A DNA stretch of 61,647 bases, counting the filler. It is 8 parts of 8 records of this genome, joined end to end, with 100 filler letters (N's around TTAATTAATTAA, not from the genome) between each part and the next. Parts side by side here need not be neighbours in the genome. Positions count along the whole stretch, not along the records: positions 1 to 17,758 come from SRR20825010_3930; 7 more parts are not named here. One strand, written 5' to 3'. Below the pieces are notes generated by a model that was not told the origin of the DNA, ran no database searches, and saw only the letters and a program-made list of their open reading frames with translations. Shown here in pieces: positions 1 to 9,535 of the stretch. Within the stretch, counting starts at the first letter, position 1, and each line of letters starts with the position of its first letter. The translations under genes were made by a program, and so were the position numbers.

Positions 1-173
1 TGTGACGGTTTTTGTGGCGCAGGTGTGGCGGAATGTCCGCGCAAAAATTGAGGGTTTTGGCCGATTTTGCCCTTTCAGGTGTGGCGTGCTGCAACAAAAG
101 TCTTAACCTCGTCTGTTCCATGTGCCAGCATGGGCACCGAGCATAAGGGCTTAGGAAAAAGGACACGGAATTC

Positions 174-1652
174 ATGGCGATCATGACACAGCTTTTGCTG
201 TTGGTTTCCTATGCAGTTTTGGGGGTTGCGGTTGCGGTGATCCCGCCCCGGGCTTTTGCCTTCCCTGGTGATCTTTCCCTGGCCCTTGGCCTGATGGTGT
301 TTTTTGGTGCCTGGCAAATCCAGATGTGGTTGATCAACCGCCGTGCCGAAATAAGCGCTGACGAGCGCCTGGGCAAACTGGAAGACATTACCGCGATCCT
401 GAGGAAAGACCTCGAGCGCACCCGTCGCCACGGTGAAAAGGGTGATGAGAAAAGCGACCAGCTGGTTTCCGAGCTGAAGGTGTTGCACACGCTGCTCACG
501 CAGGTGATGGACCGCGAGATTGAGTTCAGCGACAAGAAAGCTGCGGGCGGCAAAGGGAAGCCAGAGAAGGGGTCGGGGAAAAAATCCGGCAGCGACGAAG
601 ATGCTTTGGCCCTGAGCGCAGACACCGACGTGAAACCTGCTGGCAGGAAAGCGCCCACCAAACCAGCCCCTGAGGAGGAGATGGAACCCGCCTCAGACGA
701 AGAGCTGGAAGAACTGGAGCTGACACCGGAGGAAGCCGCCATGGCGGTGGTGGATGAAGGCACGGATGAGGTTGAGCGTGAAGACGCAGACGCTGCCGCC
801 GGGGACGTTGACCCCGATACGCTGGACGACACCACACCGAACCCGGCTGCAAAAGCGACCCCGCGCGGCCTGAGCCGCAAGAAAGCCCAGATCAGGATCA
901 TCAAGCGGGAAGACCAGCTTCTTTCCGTGGTACGCAACTCGCTTTCTGAAAACCGGGTAGACCTTTACCTGCAACCCATCGTGGGCCTGCCCGCGCGCCA
1001 CACCAAACATTATGAATGTTTCTCCCGCGTGCGGGACGACGAAGGCCGCATCGTGCTGCCGCGCCAATATATGAAGGTGGCTGAAAGCAAGGGGCTTATC
1101 GGCACCATCGATAACCTTTTGTTGTTCAGGCTTATCCAGCTTGTGCGCCGCATGGGCAAACGCCGCCCCGGTGTGCGTTTCTTCTGCAACATGTCGAAAC
1201 ACTCAATGGCGGATGAGGAATTTTTCCCGCAGTTCATTGATTTCATGACCTCCAACGAGGAGTTCCGCGACAGGCTGGTATTTGAAATAAGCCAGGCAGA
1301 TTACCTGAGCCTCGACGGCGAGGTGAAAGACAGGCTGCTGACGCTTGGGCGCAAGGGTTTCGGCTTCTCGATGGATCTGGTGAAAGACTTCAATCAGGAT
1401 TTTGCCCTTCTGGGTGACAGGCACTTCCAGTTCGTGAAATCCGACCTTGGCGACCTGATGGCCAGCCACCCGGATGACGGTGATGTGGAAGCGGTTAAAT
1501 CCTTCCTGCGCCGCAAGGGCATGGAGCTGATCGTCAGCCGTATTGAAAGCGAAGACATGGTGCTGCAGGCCCTTGAAAACAGGGTTGAATTTGCGCAGGG
1601 CTACCTGTTTGGCGAACCCACTTCCGCCAATGATATGAACCGAGAACTCTGA
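174..1652 (+). CDS. Membrane-anchored degenerate EAL-domain protein (TipF-like c-di-GMP receptor)
   Basis: Two N-terminal TM helices, coiled coil and acidic linker. C-terminal EAL fold (LYLQPIV, YECFSR, LVFEI, AQGYLFGEP) lacks the DDFGTG loop. Confidence 0.8.
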   Translation: MAIMTQLLLLVSYAVLGVAVAVIPPRAFAFPGDLSLALGLMVFFGAWQIQMWLINRRAEISADERLGKLEDITAILRKDLERTRRHGEKGDEKSDQLVSELKVLHTLLTQVMDREIEFSDKKAAGGKGKPEKGSGKKSGSDEDALALSADTDVKPAGRKAPTKPAPEEEMEPASDEELEELELTPEEAAMAVVDEGTDEVEREDADAAAGDVDPDTLDDTTPNPAAKATPRGLSRKKAQIRIIKREDQLLSVVRNSLSENRVDLYLQPIVGLPARHTKHYECFSRVRDDEGRIVLPRQYMKVAESKGLIGTIDNLLLFRLIQLVRRMGKRRPGVRFFCNMSKHSMADEEFFPQFIDFMTSNEEFRDRLVFEISQADYLSLDGEVKDRLLTLGRKGFGFSMDLVKDFNQDFALLGDRHFQFVKSDLGDLMASHPDDGDVEAVKSFLRRKGMELIVSRIESEDMVLQALENRVEFAQGYLFGEPTSANDMNREL

Positions 1653-1661
1653 GAGTAATTT

Positions 1662-2552
1662 ATGCCCAACAGCACCGGTGCGACGGTTGCCCTTGGTGGT
1701 GGCCTCAGCGACTTTAAAGACGACCTGTCCCTTGTGATTTGTGACCTGTGGGGGGTGATGCATGATGGCATCACGCTCAACGGCGGCGCGGTTCACGCCA
1801 TCACACAAGCGCGCACGCACGGCATCAGAACCGTGTTTCTCTCGAACGCACCGCGCCCCCGCACCCACGTGCGGGAGATGCTTGAGAGGATGGGCCTGCC
1901 CACAGCGCTCAATGATTATATCGTCACCTCGGGCGGCCTCGCGCGCGATGAGGTGCGGGAGCGCTACAAGGGCGCGCGGCTCTACCATATGGGGCCAGAG
2001 AGCGACCACAACACGGTGGACGGCCTGCCGGTGGACAAGGTCAAAACCCCCGATGAAGCCGACATTATTCTGGCAACAGACCTGGATTTTTTTGAGGTTG
2101 AGACCCACAGGCCGTGGCTTGAGAATGCCGCCGCGCGCGGTGTGCCCTTCCTGTGTGCCAACCCTGACCGCGTGGTGCATGTGGGGGAAAAGCTTTACCT
2201 GTGCGCGGGTTCCATCGCAGACCTCTATACCGAAATGGGCGGCGAGGTGCACTGGTTCGGCAAGCCGATGGCAAGCGCGCTCACGTCCTGCCTCAAAGAA
2301 GTTGGACTTCCCGGCGATACACCGCCTGAGCGCATCATGATGATTGGTGATAGCCTGCAAACCGATATGGCTGGCGCGCGGGCTGCGGGCTATAAGGGGC
2401 TGTTTATCGCGGGTGGTATTCACCGCCGCGAACTGCCTGAGCTCTATAGCGCGGCCCGAGGGGCAGATAAGGTGCCTGTGGGAACCTTCCAAAACATATT
2501 CGGCGCGGGAAAGGCTGTTCCCCATGCCGTTCTCGAGAGTCTGGTTTGGTAG
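1662..2552 (+). CDS. HAD-superfamily IIA hydrolase (TIGR01459-like)
   Basis: DLWGVMHDG, LSNAPR, CANPD, GKP and IGDSLQTD motifs. Confidence 0.9.
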   Translation: MPNSTGATVALGGGLSDFKDDLSLVICDLWGVMHDGITLNGGAVHAITQARTHGIRTVFLSNAPRPRTHVREMLERMGLPTALNDYIVTSGGLARDEVRERYKGARLYHMGPESDHNTVDGLPVDKVKTPDEADIILATDLDFFEVETHRPWLENAAARGVPFLCANPDRVVHVGEKLYLCAGSIADLYTEMGGEVHWFGKPMASALTSCLKEVGLPGDTPPERIMMIGDSLQTDMAGARAAGYKGLFIAGGIHRRELPELYSAARGADKVPVGTFQNIFGAGKAVPHAVLESLVW

Positions 2553-2655
2553 GTGGTGTGGCAACGCCAAAGCTAGCAACTGTATTTTGAACTGTACGAT
2601 TGCGAGAAGTATTTGTTAGCTGAGTGCTAATTTTGAGACATCTGAGAGTTATGGC

Positions 2656-3777
2656 GTGGCAGCTAATAAAAATCAGCATTTCGTACCTAAGATTCATTTT
2701 AAGCCATTTAGCAAGGACGGCGAAAATGCATGTGTAAATTTGCTCGTTCTTAGCAACAAGAAGCTCGTTTCAAACGCCCCCATTAAGAACCAATGCTCAA
2801 AAAACTATTTTTACGGGAAAGATTTAGAGCTCGAGAAAGCATTTCAGGAGCTAGAGGGGTACTACGGGCAAATCATAGCTAAAGTACAGACTAATCCCTA
2901 TGATGTTCTCGACGATGACCTTCAGTTCTTGCGCTTTTTTGCTTATTTACAAAGCGTGCGCACTGAAGCGGCAGTCCGTCGCAATAGCGCCTTTTTCACC
3001 GAAATGATGAGCAAGGCGTATGCTGAAAATCCTGAATTTTTGCCTGAATATGAAACCACAGATGAAGACATTGTCAGGTTGTGCCTCAGCGGTGTTGATG
3101 CTTTCTGCGAGCACTCTGCAGATTTGAGAACGTGTTTAATTCTAAATAGAAGCAAAACCGAATTTATCACTTCTGATGATCCCGCCATTATTACCAACAG
3201 ATTTCATGCTCAAAAGGAATTTCTAAAGCACTTGGGTGTAGGCATTTCTGCTGCTGGTGCAATGCTATTTATGCCTCTTAGTCCCAAGATATGTTTCGTT
3301 GCCTATGACCAGAATGTCTATTCTGCCGACCACAGGAAGGCGCATATAATTACAACTTCTAAACCAAGCGATATATGCGCAATCAACGAATTGCAGATGC
3401 TGAAAGCAAACAAAAGCATATACTTTTCGTCTTGGGAACTTGGAGAGGAACTGAAGACACATTTTACAGGAATGGAAGCAACCCGCCCAACCACATGGCA
3501 CGAAGTTCACGTTGCCGTGGAAGATGAAAATTTTCGGGACGCAACTCATAAACGCTATAAAGTAATCGACCTTGAAACTGAGACAGCGGGTGAGCGCGAC
3601 GCTCTAATCCATGTGGTGACTAGATATCCCCAACCAAGCAGATGGTTCTCAGCCTTGCGACTTCGTACACAGCCAAAGATTTTCGATACTCACACCGGCC
3701 AAGGAATATTAAGGCCGGGTAGTGTGGCACATGCAAGTTATCTTATGCGCAATTATTCTATGGGTTCTGGGTCTTGA
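2656..3777 (+). CDS. DUF4238-domain protein
   Basis: N-terminal KNQHFVPK motif and FITSDDP motif; AT-rich relative to its flanks. Confidence 0.8.
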   Translation: MAANKNQHFVPKIHFKPFSKDGENACVNLLVLSNKKLVSNAPIKNQCSKNYFYGKDLELEKAFQELEGYYGQIIAKVQTNPYDVLDDDLQFLRFFAYLQSVRTEAAVRRNSAFFTEMMSKAYAENPEFLPEYETTDEDIVRLCLSGVDAFCEHSADLRTCLILNRSKTEFITSDDPAIITNRFHAQKEFLKHLGVGISAAGAMLFMPLSPKICFVAYDQNVYSADHRKAHIITTSKPSDICAINELQMLKANKSIYFSSWELGEELKTHFTGMEATRPTTWHEVHVAVEDENFRDATHKRYKVIDLETETAGERDALIHVVTRYPQPSRWFSALRLRTQPKIFDTHTGQGILRPGSVAHASYLMRNYSMGSGS

Positions 3778-3803
3778 GATCCGCGAAATACGATGAGTAG
3801 TAC

Positions 3804-3835
3804 AAAACCCCGCAGGCCGGGGCTCGCGAGGTTTC
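3804..3835 (-). terminator. Probable rho-independent terminator after cheZ
   Basis: Minus strand GAAACCTCGC...GCGGGGTTTT stem ending in a T-run. Confidence 0.5.
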
Positions 3836-3859
3836 GGAAATTCTTGAAAGCAGGGTTGT

Positions 3860-4891
3860 TTAACCAAACAGGGCGTCGATATCGTCCTGGCTAACCTCTT
3901 CACCTGCGGGAAGGTCGACTTCTTCGTCTTTCTTCTCGTCTTTTTTCGCAGGTTTGGCTTCCGCTTTTTTAGCCTCGGCTTTCTTGGCTTCGGCCTTTTT
4001 CTCTTCCTCAGCCTTTTTCGCCGCAGCGGCCTCCTGGTCGGCTACCGGGTCGAAGTCTTCCTCAAACATGGCGTCCAGCTCTTTCGGGCTGACGGCTTTT
4101 GGTGCTTCAACTTTCGGCTCTGGCTTGGGCTCTGGCTTCGGTGCGGGTTTTGGTGCTGGCTTTGCTTCGGCCTTAGGCTCTGGCTTAGGCTCTGGCGGGG
4201 GCGCGGGGGCCGGTGCAGGGGCTGGTGCTTCCGCAGCCGCAGCACCGCCCATCAGGGCGTCAACCGCAGTCTGGTCGATACCTTCACCGTCAAGCGCAGG
4301 GCCAGACAGAAGGGCCTTGTCGCCGCTTGCGGTTTTTTCCTCTGTCTGCTCAGCCTTGGCCTGCTCGATATCTTCTTCCGTGACCCCAAGCAGGTTGCGA
4401 AGTTCCAGCACGCGCTTCTCAATGTGCGAAAGGGTTTCAACAACCTTGGATATGCGCTGGCCGGTAATGTCCTGGAACGAACAGGCTTCAAAGATGCGCA
4501 TAACCGCATCCTGGCTTTTGGCCACATAATTGTCTGTATCAGCGGCGTCGAGACCCATGATCTCTTCCGCGGCTTCCATGATGGTATTGGTGGCTTCTTC
4601 GGTCTGCTGCACGATGGCATCAAGCTCAAGCCCCGCACGCGGGATGCGCGCGCTCTCAAGGTCCCCCGGTTGCAGGGAAGCAATTTCCTTGCGGGCGTTT
4701 GAGATATAGTCGCTCAGCGAGCGGCATTCGCGGTAGATCGACGTGTCGATAGACTTGAAAAAAACCGACATGGTGCCAATCAGCACTTCCGTCACCGATG
4801 CAACATCGGTGAGAGACAACTGCGCTGTATTTTGCTTCCGCAAACTGTCGACAAGCAGTTCTATCTGTTTGGGAAGCTTTTCGGACGTCAT
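3860..4891 (-). CDS. cheZ: Protein phosphatase CheZ (alphaproteobacterial type) with extended Pro/Ala/Lys tail
   Basis: ELDAIV..TEEATNTIM, EACSFQDITGQRI catalytic motif and terminal SQDDIDALF; coupled to cheY. Confidence 0.9.
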   Translation of the reverse strand: MTSEKLPKQIELLVDSLRKQNTAQLSLTDVASVTEVLIGTMSVFFKSIDTSIYRECRSLSDYISNARKEIASLQPGDLESARIPRAGLELDAIVQQTEEATNTIMEAAEEIMGLDAADTDNYVAKSQDAVMRIFEACSFQDITGQRISKVVETLSHIEKRVLELRNLLGVTEEDIEQAKAEQTEEKTASGDKALLSGPALDGEGIDQTAVDALMGGAAAAEAPAPAPAPAPPPEPKPEPKAEAKPAPKPAPKPEPKPEPKVEAPKAVSPKELDAMFEEDFDPVADQEAAAAKKAEEEKKAEAKKAEAKKAEAKPAKKDEKKDEEVDLPAGEEVSQDDIDALFG

Positions 4892-5277
4892 CAGAATTCT
4901 CCGAGCACCGCCACCAGTTTTTGCTTCAGTGTCGCAGCGTTGAACGGCTTAACAATATAGTTGTTAACGCCCGCTTTTTTCGCGGCAATCACGTTGTCAG
5001 TTTTGGATTCTGCGGTGACCATGATGAACGGCGTAGCCTTAAGCTGGTTATCGGCGCGCACTTCTTTCAGAAGTTCATAACCGGTCATCGGCTCCATGTT
5101 CCAGTCTGAGATAATCAGACCATATTGCCTGGCACGGGCCTTCTCAAGCGCCTGAGCGCCGTCGGTTGCCTCGTCAACATTATTGAAGCCAAGCTGTTTC
5201 AAAAGATTGCGGACAATCCGCAGCATCGTTTTGTAGTCGTCGACGATAAGGATCGGCATACCCAAATCAACGGCCAT
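4891..5277 (-). CDS. cheY: Chemotaxis response regulator CheY
   Basis: [21 protein letters not shown] and YIVKPF motifs. Confidence 0.95.
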   Translation of the reverse strand: MAVDLGMPILIVDDYKTMLRIVRNLLKQLGFNNVDEATDGAQALEKARARQYGLIISDWNMEPMTGYELLKEVRADNQLKATPFIMVTAESKTDNVIAAKKAGVNNYIVKPFNAATLKQKLVAVLGEF

Positions 5278-5362
5278 GATATTTCCTCAGTTTTATGATT
5301 TCGCACCTCCGGCGCCAAGCGACACCGTTTAATTCCCTTTTCGGGACACTAGCCCCGATGTA

Positions 5363-5378
5363 ATGAAGAATTGGTTAA
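5363..5378 (-). promoter_or_regulatory. Possible CtrA-like box upstream of cheY
   Basis: Minus strand TTAA-ccaattc-TTCA, one mismatch to TTAA-N7-TTAA. Confidence 0.35.
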
Positions 5379-5555
5379 CCCAAAGGTGACGACAATTCAA
5401 ATACTTCCGACGCAAAGCCCCCCGTGTTAAGGAAGTTTTGCCCTTACCCGGGTTCAACCGAAAGACAGGTTAAGGACCGGAGGGTCCATCTTTCTGTATA
5501 AGTTCCAATTTTCCAACAAGTTTTCGACATTATTGTAAAAAAGGATACCAATTGC

Positions 5556-5984
5556 ATGGTTGCCCAGTATTTTTTTGAGGAAATTTCCATCGGCCAGCGT
5601 GAGTCGATCACAAAAAAAGTGACACCAGCGCTTATTGAAGCGTTTGCCGATGTCTCGGGCGATAATAACCCGCTGCACCTTGATGACGCTTACGCGAAAA
5701 CCACCAGGTTTGGCGAACGTATCGCCCACGGCGCGCTGACAACGGCTTTTGTCTCCGCCGTGCTGGGCACAAAGCTGCCGGGCCTTGGCACTGTGTTTGT
5801 GAGCCAAAGCACAAAATTCATCGCACCTGTGAAGCTTGGGGATGAGGTGGAAGCCGTGGTGGAAGTGACAGAAAAAATGCCTGAGAAAAATCGTGTGGTG
5901 TTTACCACTCATTGTCAGGTTGGGGATAAAAAGGTGGTTGTCGGGGAGGCAATCGTGTATGTCCCCAACCGTCCGCAGGCTTAA
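5556..5984 (+). CDS. MaoC-family (R)-specific enoyl-CoA hydratase
   Basis: FADVSGDNNPLHLD and RIAHG hydratase motifs. Confidence 0.9.
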   Translation: MVAQYFFEEISIGQRESITKKVTPALIEAFADVSGDNNPLHLDDAYAKTTRFGERIAHGALTTAFVSAVLGTKLPGLGTVFVSQSTKFIAPVKLGDEVEAVVEVTEKMPEKNRVVFTTHCQVGDKKVVVGEAIVYVPNRPQA

Positions 5985-6042
5985 ACTGACGCCTGCGGTA
6001 AGCAGATAAAACACCGCTCCGAGAAGGAATGCCCAAACGACC

Positions 6043-7071
6043 ATGCGCCTCTATCGTCACATCAATGAAGTGAAGCCGAGCGAGCGCGGGTCTGTGGTTG
6101 CGCTTGGCAACTTTGACGGTTTTCACCGTGGCCATCAGGTGGTGATTGGCGAAGCGGGCCGGCAGGCGCGCGACATGGGGCTTAACCTGACCGTGGTGGT
6201 GACAGAGCCGCATCCGGTAAGCTTTTTTGCCCCCAAGGCACTGCCTTTTCGCCTGACCCCGTTTCGGGAACGCTCGCAGCTTCTGGAACAATTTGGCGTG
6301 GACCAGCTTCTGGTATTGCCGTTCGACAAGGGTCTGGCGTCCATGTCAGCGCAAGACTTTGTGCTGGATATATTGGTGGGCGGGCTTGACGCCAAACATG
6401 TGTATGTGGGCTATGACTACCGCTTCGGCAAAGGCCGGGGCGGCGGCACGGATGTGCTGGCCTGGATGGGCGAAGAGGAAGGTTTTGGCCTCAGTGTTAT
6501 TCGCCCGGTGACCGTGGGGCTTGAAGGCTATGCGGGTGAGGTCTATAGCTCCACCCTCGTGCGGCAGGCGCTGCAGGCGGGCGAGGCCCGCAAGGCGGCG
6601 GCCCTTCTTGGGCACTGGTGGTCGATCAATGGCCGGGTAACGGGCGGCGACAAGCGTGGCCGTACCATCGGCTTCCCAACCGCGAATGTGGAACTGGGTG
6701 AAAGCCTGCAGCCCAAGCTGGGTGTTTATGCGGTTCGTGTGCATATTGAGAATGACGACCGTGTCATCGGCGGTGTGGCCAACATTGGTAACCGGCCGAC
6801 CTTCGATAAGCGCGACGTGCTGCTGGAAGCGCACCTGTTTGACTTTGATGAAGATATCTACGACCGGCATGTGCGGGTTGAGCTGGTGGCTTTTCTGAGG
6901 CCAGAGCAGAAGTTTGACGGCATTGATGCCCTTAAGGCGCAGATCGATACGGACAGCAAGGTTGCGCGCATTGTGCTGGCAGAGCCCGAGAACGCACCGG
7001 ACCGGCTTGGTTCCCCAACCCTTGAGCGCTATCTGAGCCTGTTTCCAGAGCCTCATATCCGCGCACGCTAA
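6043..7071 (+). CDS. ribF: Bifunctional riboflavin kinase/FAD synthetase
   Basis: GNFDGFHRGH, GRTIGFPTAN, NIGNRPTF and LEAHLFDF motifs. Confidence 0.97.
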   Translation: MRLYRHINEVKPSERGSVVALGNFDGFHRGHQVVIGEAGRQARDMGLNLTVVVTEPHPVSFFAPKALPFRLTPFRERSQLLEQFGVDQLLVLPFDKGLASMSAQDFVLDILVGGLDAKHVYVGYDYRFGKGRGGGTDVLAWMGEEEGFGLSVIRPVTVGLEGYAGEVYSSTLVRQALQAGEARKAAALLGHWWSINGRVTGGDKRGRTIGFPTANVELGESLQPKLGVYAVRVHIENDDRVIGGVANIGNRPTFDKRDVLLEAHLFDFDEDIYDRHVRVELVAFLRPEQKFDGIDALKAQIDTDSKVARIVLAEPENAPDRLGSPTLERYLSLFPEPHIRAR

Positions 7072-7157
7072 GGCGCCACATCCTCCCAATTGGTTCACGC
7101 CATTCGTATCCGGGCGTCCCTTTCAGGTATTCCAATTTGCCAAAAAGGGAGGCCCCC

Positions 7158-7922
7158 ATGCCACAGTTTCCACTGCCCGGCGAAGTTAGCGAGCTACGCA
7201 CGCTCAGGACCTGGCTCGCCAACTCGGGTGACACCTACGTCAATACTGGCGATCTGGTGCCCACGGCACTTGAGTTCGGCCTGATTGAAAGTTTTGGTGA
7301 TGCCCGCGCCGCCAACCAGAAGTTCCTGCGCACCCGGGGAGACAAGACCAATACAGACGTGGACACCTGCACCATGACCAATATCGGGAATGAGCCCGGC
7401 CCGGATTTCCTTATGGATGTGACCATCAACGGAGATCACGCCAGCGCTTTTGCGGATGCGGACGGCAACGCGCTTGTGAACGGCGCAGACGTGCCGGCAC
7501 GTCTGGCGCTTGACCCGTTTTTCCTGCCGCTGTTCAGCGACGGGGTTTCCGTTCATGACTTCAGCTGGAACCATGTGACAGGCAAGGGGAGCGATCACTA
7601 CTATCTCGGCCTTCTCGAGATGTCAGATATCCCCGGCCTTGCGATCCCGTCGGGTAATAAAACCCAACAGGACAGGATGACGGAAAGCCTGCAGATATTC
7701 CTGACAGCCGTTGAGGCATTGCCTGCAGATGACCCGGTGCTGGTGGCGTTCGTATGGTCGAACACAGGGGATGTACGCTATCTGGTGCGTACGGTTCAGC
7801 CGGGCCAAAATGGGGGCCCGCCGACTGTGACAACCGCCGCACCCGTCGCGCCGCCAAATGGTTATTTCAAGTTGCTGCCGGACCCGTTCGACGCGGAAGC
7901 CTTTGACAACCTGTTTGCCTGA
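7158..7922 (+). CDS. Hypothetical protein
   Basis: Long ORF with AGGGAGG RBS before ATG 7158; no recognisable family. Confidence 0.7.
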   Translation: MPQFPLPGEVSELRTLRTWLANSGDTYVNTGDLVPTALEFGLIESFGDARAANQKFLRTRGDKTNTDVDTCTMTNIGNEPGPDFLMDVTINGDHASAFADADGNALVNGADVPARLALDPFFLPLFSDGVSVHDFSWNHVTGKGSDHYYLGLLEMSDIPGLAIPSGNKTQQDRMTESLQIFLTAVEALPADDPVLVAFVWSNTGDVRYLVRTVQPGQNGGPPTVTTAAPVAPPNGYFKLLPDPFDAEAFDNLFA

Positions 7923-8012
7923 GGTGTAAGGCGAGGGATGGACACCGGGCGGCGCGAGCGGTAAGCAAGGAGCCGTATCTTTGCTTCAACCAACGCTTTG
8001 CCGGGGGACGCC

Positions 8013-8741
8013 ATGGAAATCCTGTTTGATTATAACCTGTGGGTGAGTTTTTTCACGCTCACAGCGCTTGAGATCATTCTGGGTATCGACAATGTGGTTT
8101 TCATCGCGCTTCTTGTTGGCCACCTGCCGGAGAAGGAGCGTGAGCGGGCGCGGCTGATTGGCCTTTCGCTGGCGCTTCTCATGCGTATCCTGCTGCTGCT
8201 GGGCGTTGCCTGGATCATTGGGCTCAAGGAGCCGTGGATCACGATGTTTGGGCATGCCTTCTCGGGCAAGGATATCCTCATGTTACTGGGCGGTGGTTTC
8301 CTGCTTTATAAAGGCACCAACAGCATCCATGACGAGGTCACCGGCGAGAAGCGGGAGCATTATAAGGCAGTGAGTGGCACCATGTTTGCCGTGATCGTGC
8401 AGGTGGTGCTGATCGATATCGTTTTCTCGTTCGATTCCGTGATGACGGCCGTGGGCATGACGCAGGTTATCGGCGTGATTATTGCGGCCATGACCGTTGC
8501 GATGCTGGTGATGATGTTCTCAAGCGGATTGATCGCATCGTTCATTGAACGGTTCCCGACCCTGAAGATTCTGGCGCTCAGCTTCATCATGCTGATCGGG
8601 GTATTCCTGGTGGCGGAAGGCCTCGGGTTCCATGTTCCCAAAGGCTATATCTACTTTGCCATGCTCTTCTCCCTTACGGTGGAAACACTGAACCTTCTCA
8701 GGCGCAAGCGGCGGCAAAACGGCTTTCTGGACAAAGAGTAA
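8013..8741 (+). CDS. TerC-family membrane protein
   Basis: LEIILGIDNVVFI and DIVFSFDSVMTAVG motifs. Confidence 0.93.
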   Translation: MEILFDYNLWVSFFTLTALEIILGIDNVVFIALLVGHLPEKERERARLIGLSLALLMRILLLLGVAWIIGLKEPWITMFGHAFSGKDILMLLGGGFLLYKGTNSIHDEVTGEKREHYKAVSGTMFAVIVQVVLIDIVFSFDSVMTAVGMTQVIGVIIAAMTVAMLVMMFSSGLIASFIERFPTLKILALSFIMLIGVFLVAEGLGFHVPKGYIYFAMLFSLTVETLNLLRRKRRQNGFLDKE

Positions 8742-8842
8742 GGTGGTTAACAAATCGCAAACTTCTGGCTTTTAGCCTTTATGGATTGTTAATATTCTCA
8801 ACGTATCGTTGAAATTGACGATTTGGGAGGGAAGTGGCGGCC

Positions 8843-9379
8843 ATGGCTGGCGCTCAATACGACAAACTGCATATTTTGCTCGCGCTCAAGAACGAACAGG
8901 CTGCTGATAGCCTGAAGGATGTTCTGATGCGTTACCGGGTTGGCAGTGTTATCGCCGCCCGCGATAACCGCGAGGCGGTTGAGCAGATGCAGGCGCGCGG
9001 CTTCAATGTCATCATTATTGGTGAAGATTTCCCCTCGCTTGGCGGGGTGGATTTTTGCCGTTTTCTTCGCCTGACCAACACACCCATGGCGGTGGCGCCG
9101 ATTATTTTTGGCGTGCATGAGCCTGACCAGAAGAAGGTACTGCAGGCGCGCGATGTAGGGGCCACCAAAATCGCTGTTATGCCTTTCTCCGGCGCGAGCC
9201 TGATGAAGGCGATTGATGCGGCGGTGGCGGACCCACGCGCAATTGTGCAGTGCACCGCCTATAACGGGCCGGACAGGCGGGTACGCCAGGCACCGCTGCC
9301 GGGCGGGCGCGAACGCAGACGTGCAAATCCCAAGCTTATCTCCGACGCTATACAGCGCAAGATCCTCGACAGTCTTTAG
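8843..9379 (+). CDS. Atypical CheY-like receiver protein with Arg-rich tail (Cle-like)
   Basis: REC-like fold lacking the acidic pocket and phospho-Asp; C-terminal YNGPDRR...GRERRR. Confidence 0.75.
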   Translation: MAGAQYDKLHILLALKNEQAADSLKDVLMRYRVGSVIAARDNREAVEQMQARGFNVIIIGEDFPSLGGVDFCRFLRLTNTPMAVAPIIFGVHEPDQKKVLQARDVGATKIAVMPFSGASLMKAIDAAVADPRAIVQCTAYNGPDRRVRQAPLPGGRERRRANPKLISDAIQRKILDSL

Positions 9380-9421
9380 GCCACTGCCGCCTATAAGCCT
9401 TAAATGGCCTAGCCTTTCCGC

Positions 9422-9450
9422 TCGACACCCCGTTTGAACATTGTTAAAAG
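9422..9450 (+). promoter_or_regulatory. Putative sigma70 promoter for the ileS leader
   Basis: TCGACA-17 nt-TAAAAG, 7 nt before ATG 9458. Confidence 0.5.
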
Positions 9451-9457
9451 TGCCGCC

Positions 9458-9535
9458 ATGCAAGACGTGCACACATATAGGCGGCCCCATGTCGCCATAA
9501 GCATTCGAATTACTGGCCCGGCGCTAGAGTCTTAG
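9458..9535 (+). CDS. Putative ileS leader peptide MQDVHTYRRPHVAISIRITGPALES (25 aa)
   Basis: Clustered Ile codons ATA-AGC-ATT-CGA-ATT; stop codon lies inside a hairpin. Confidence 0.55.
   Translation: MQDVHTYRRPHVAISIRITGPALES

Noticed and set aside
4100-4240. Short tandem DNA repeats (GGCTCTGGCTT-like)
   Set aside because: They encode the PE/PK linker of CheZ; no repeat-spacer structure
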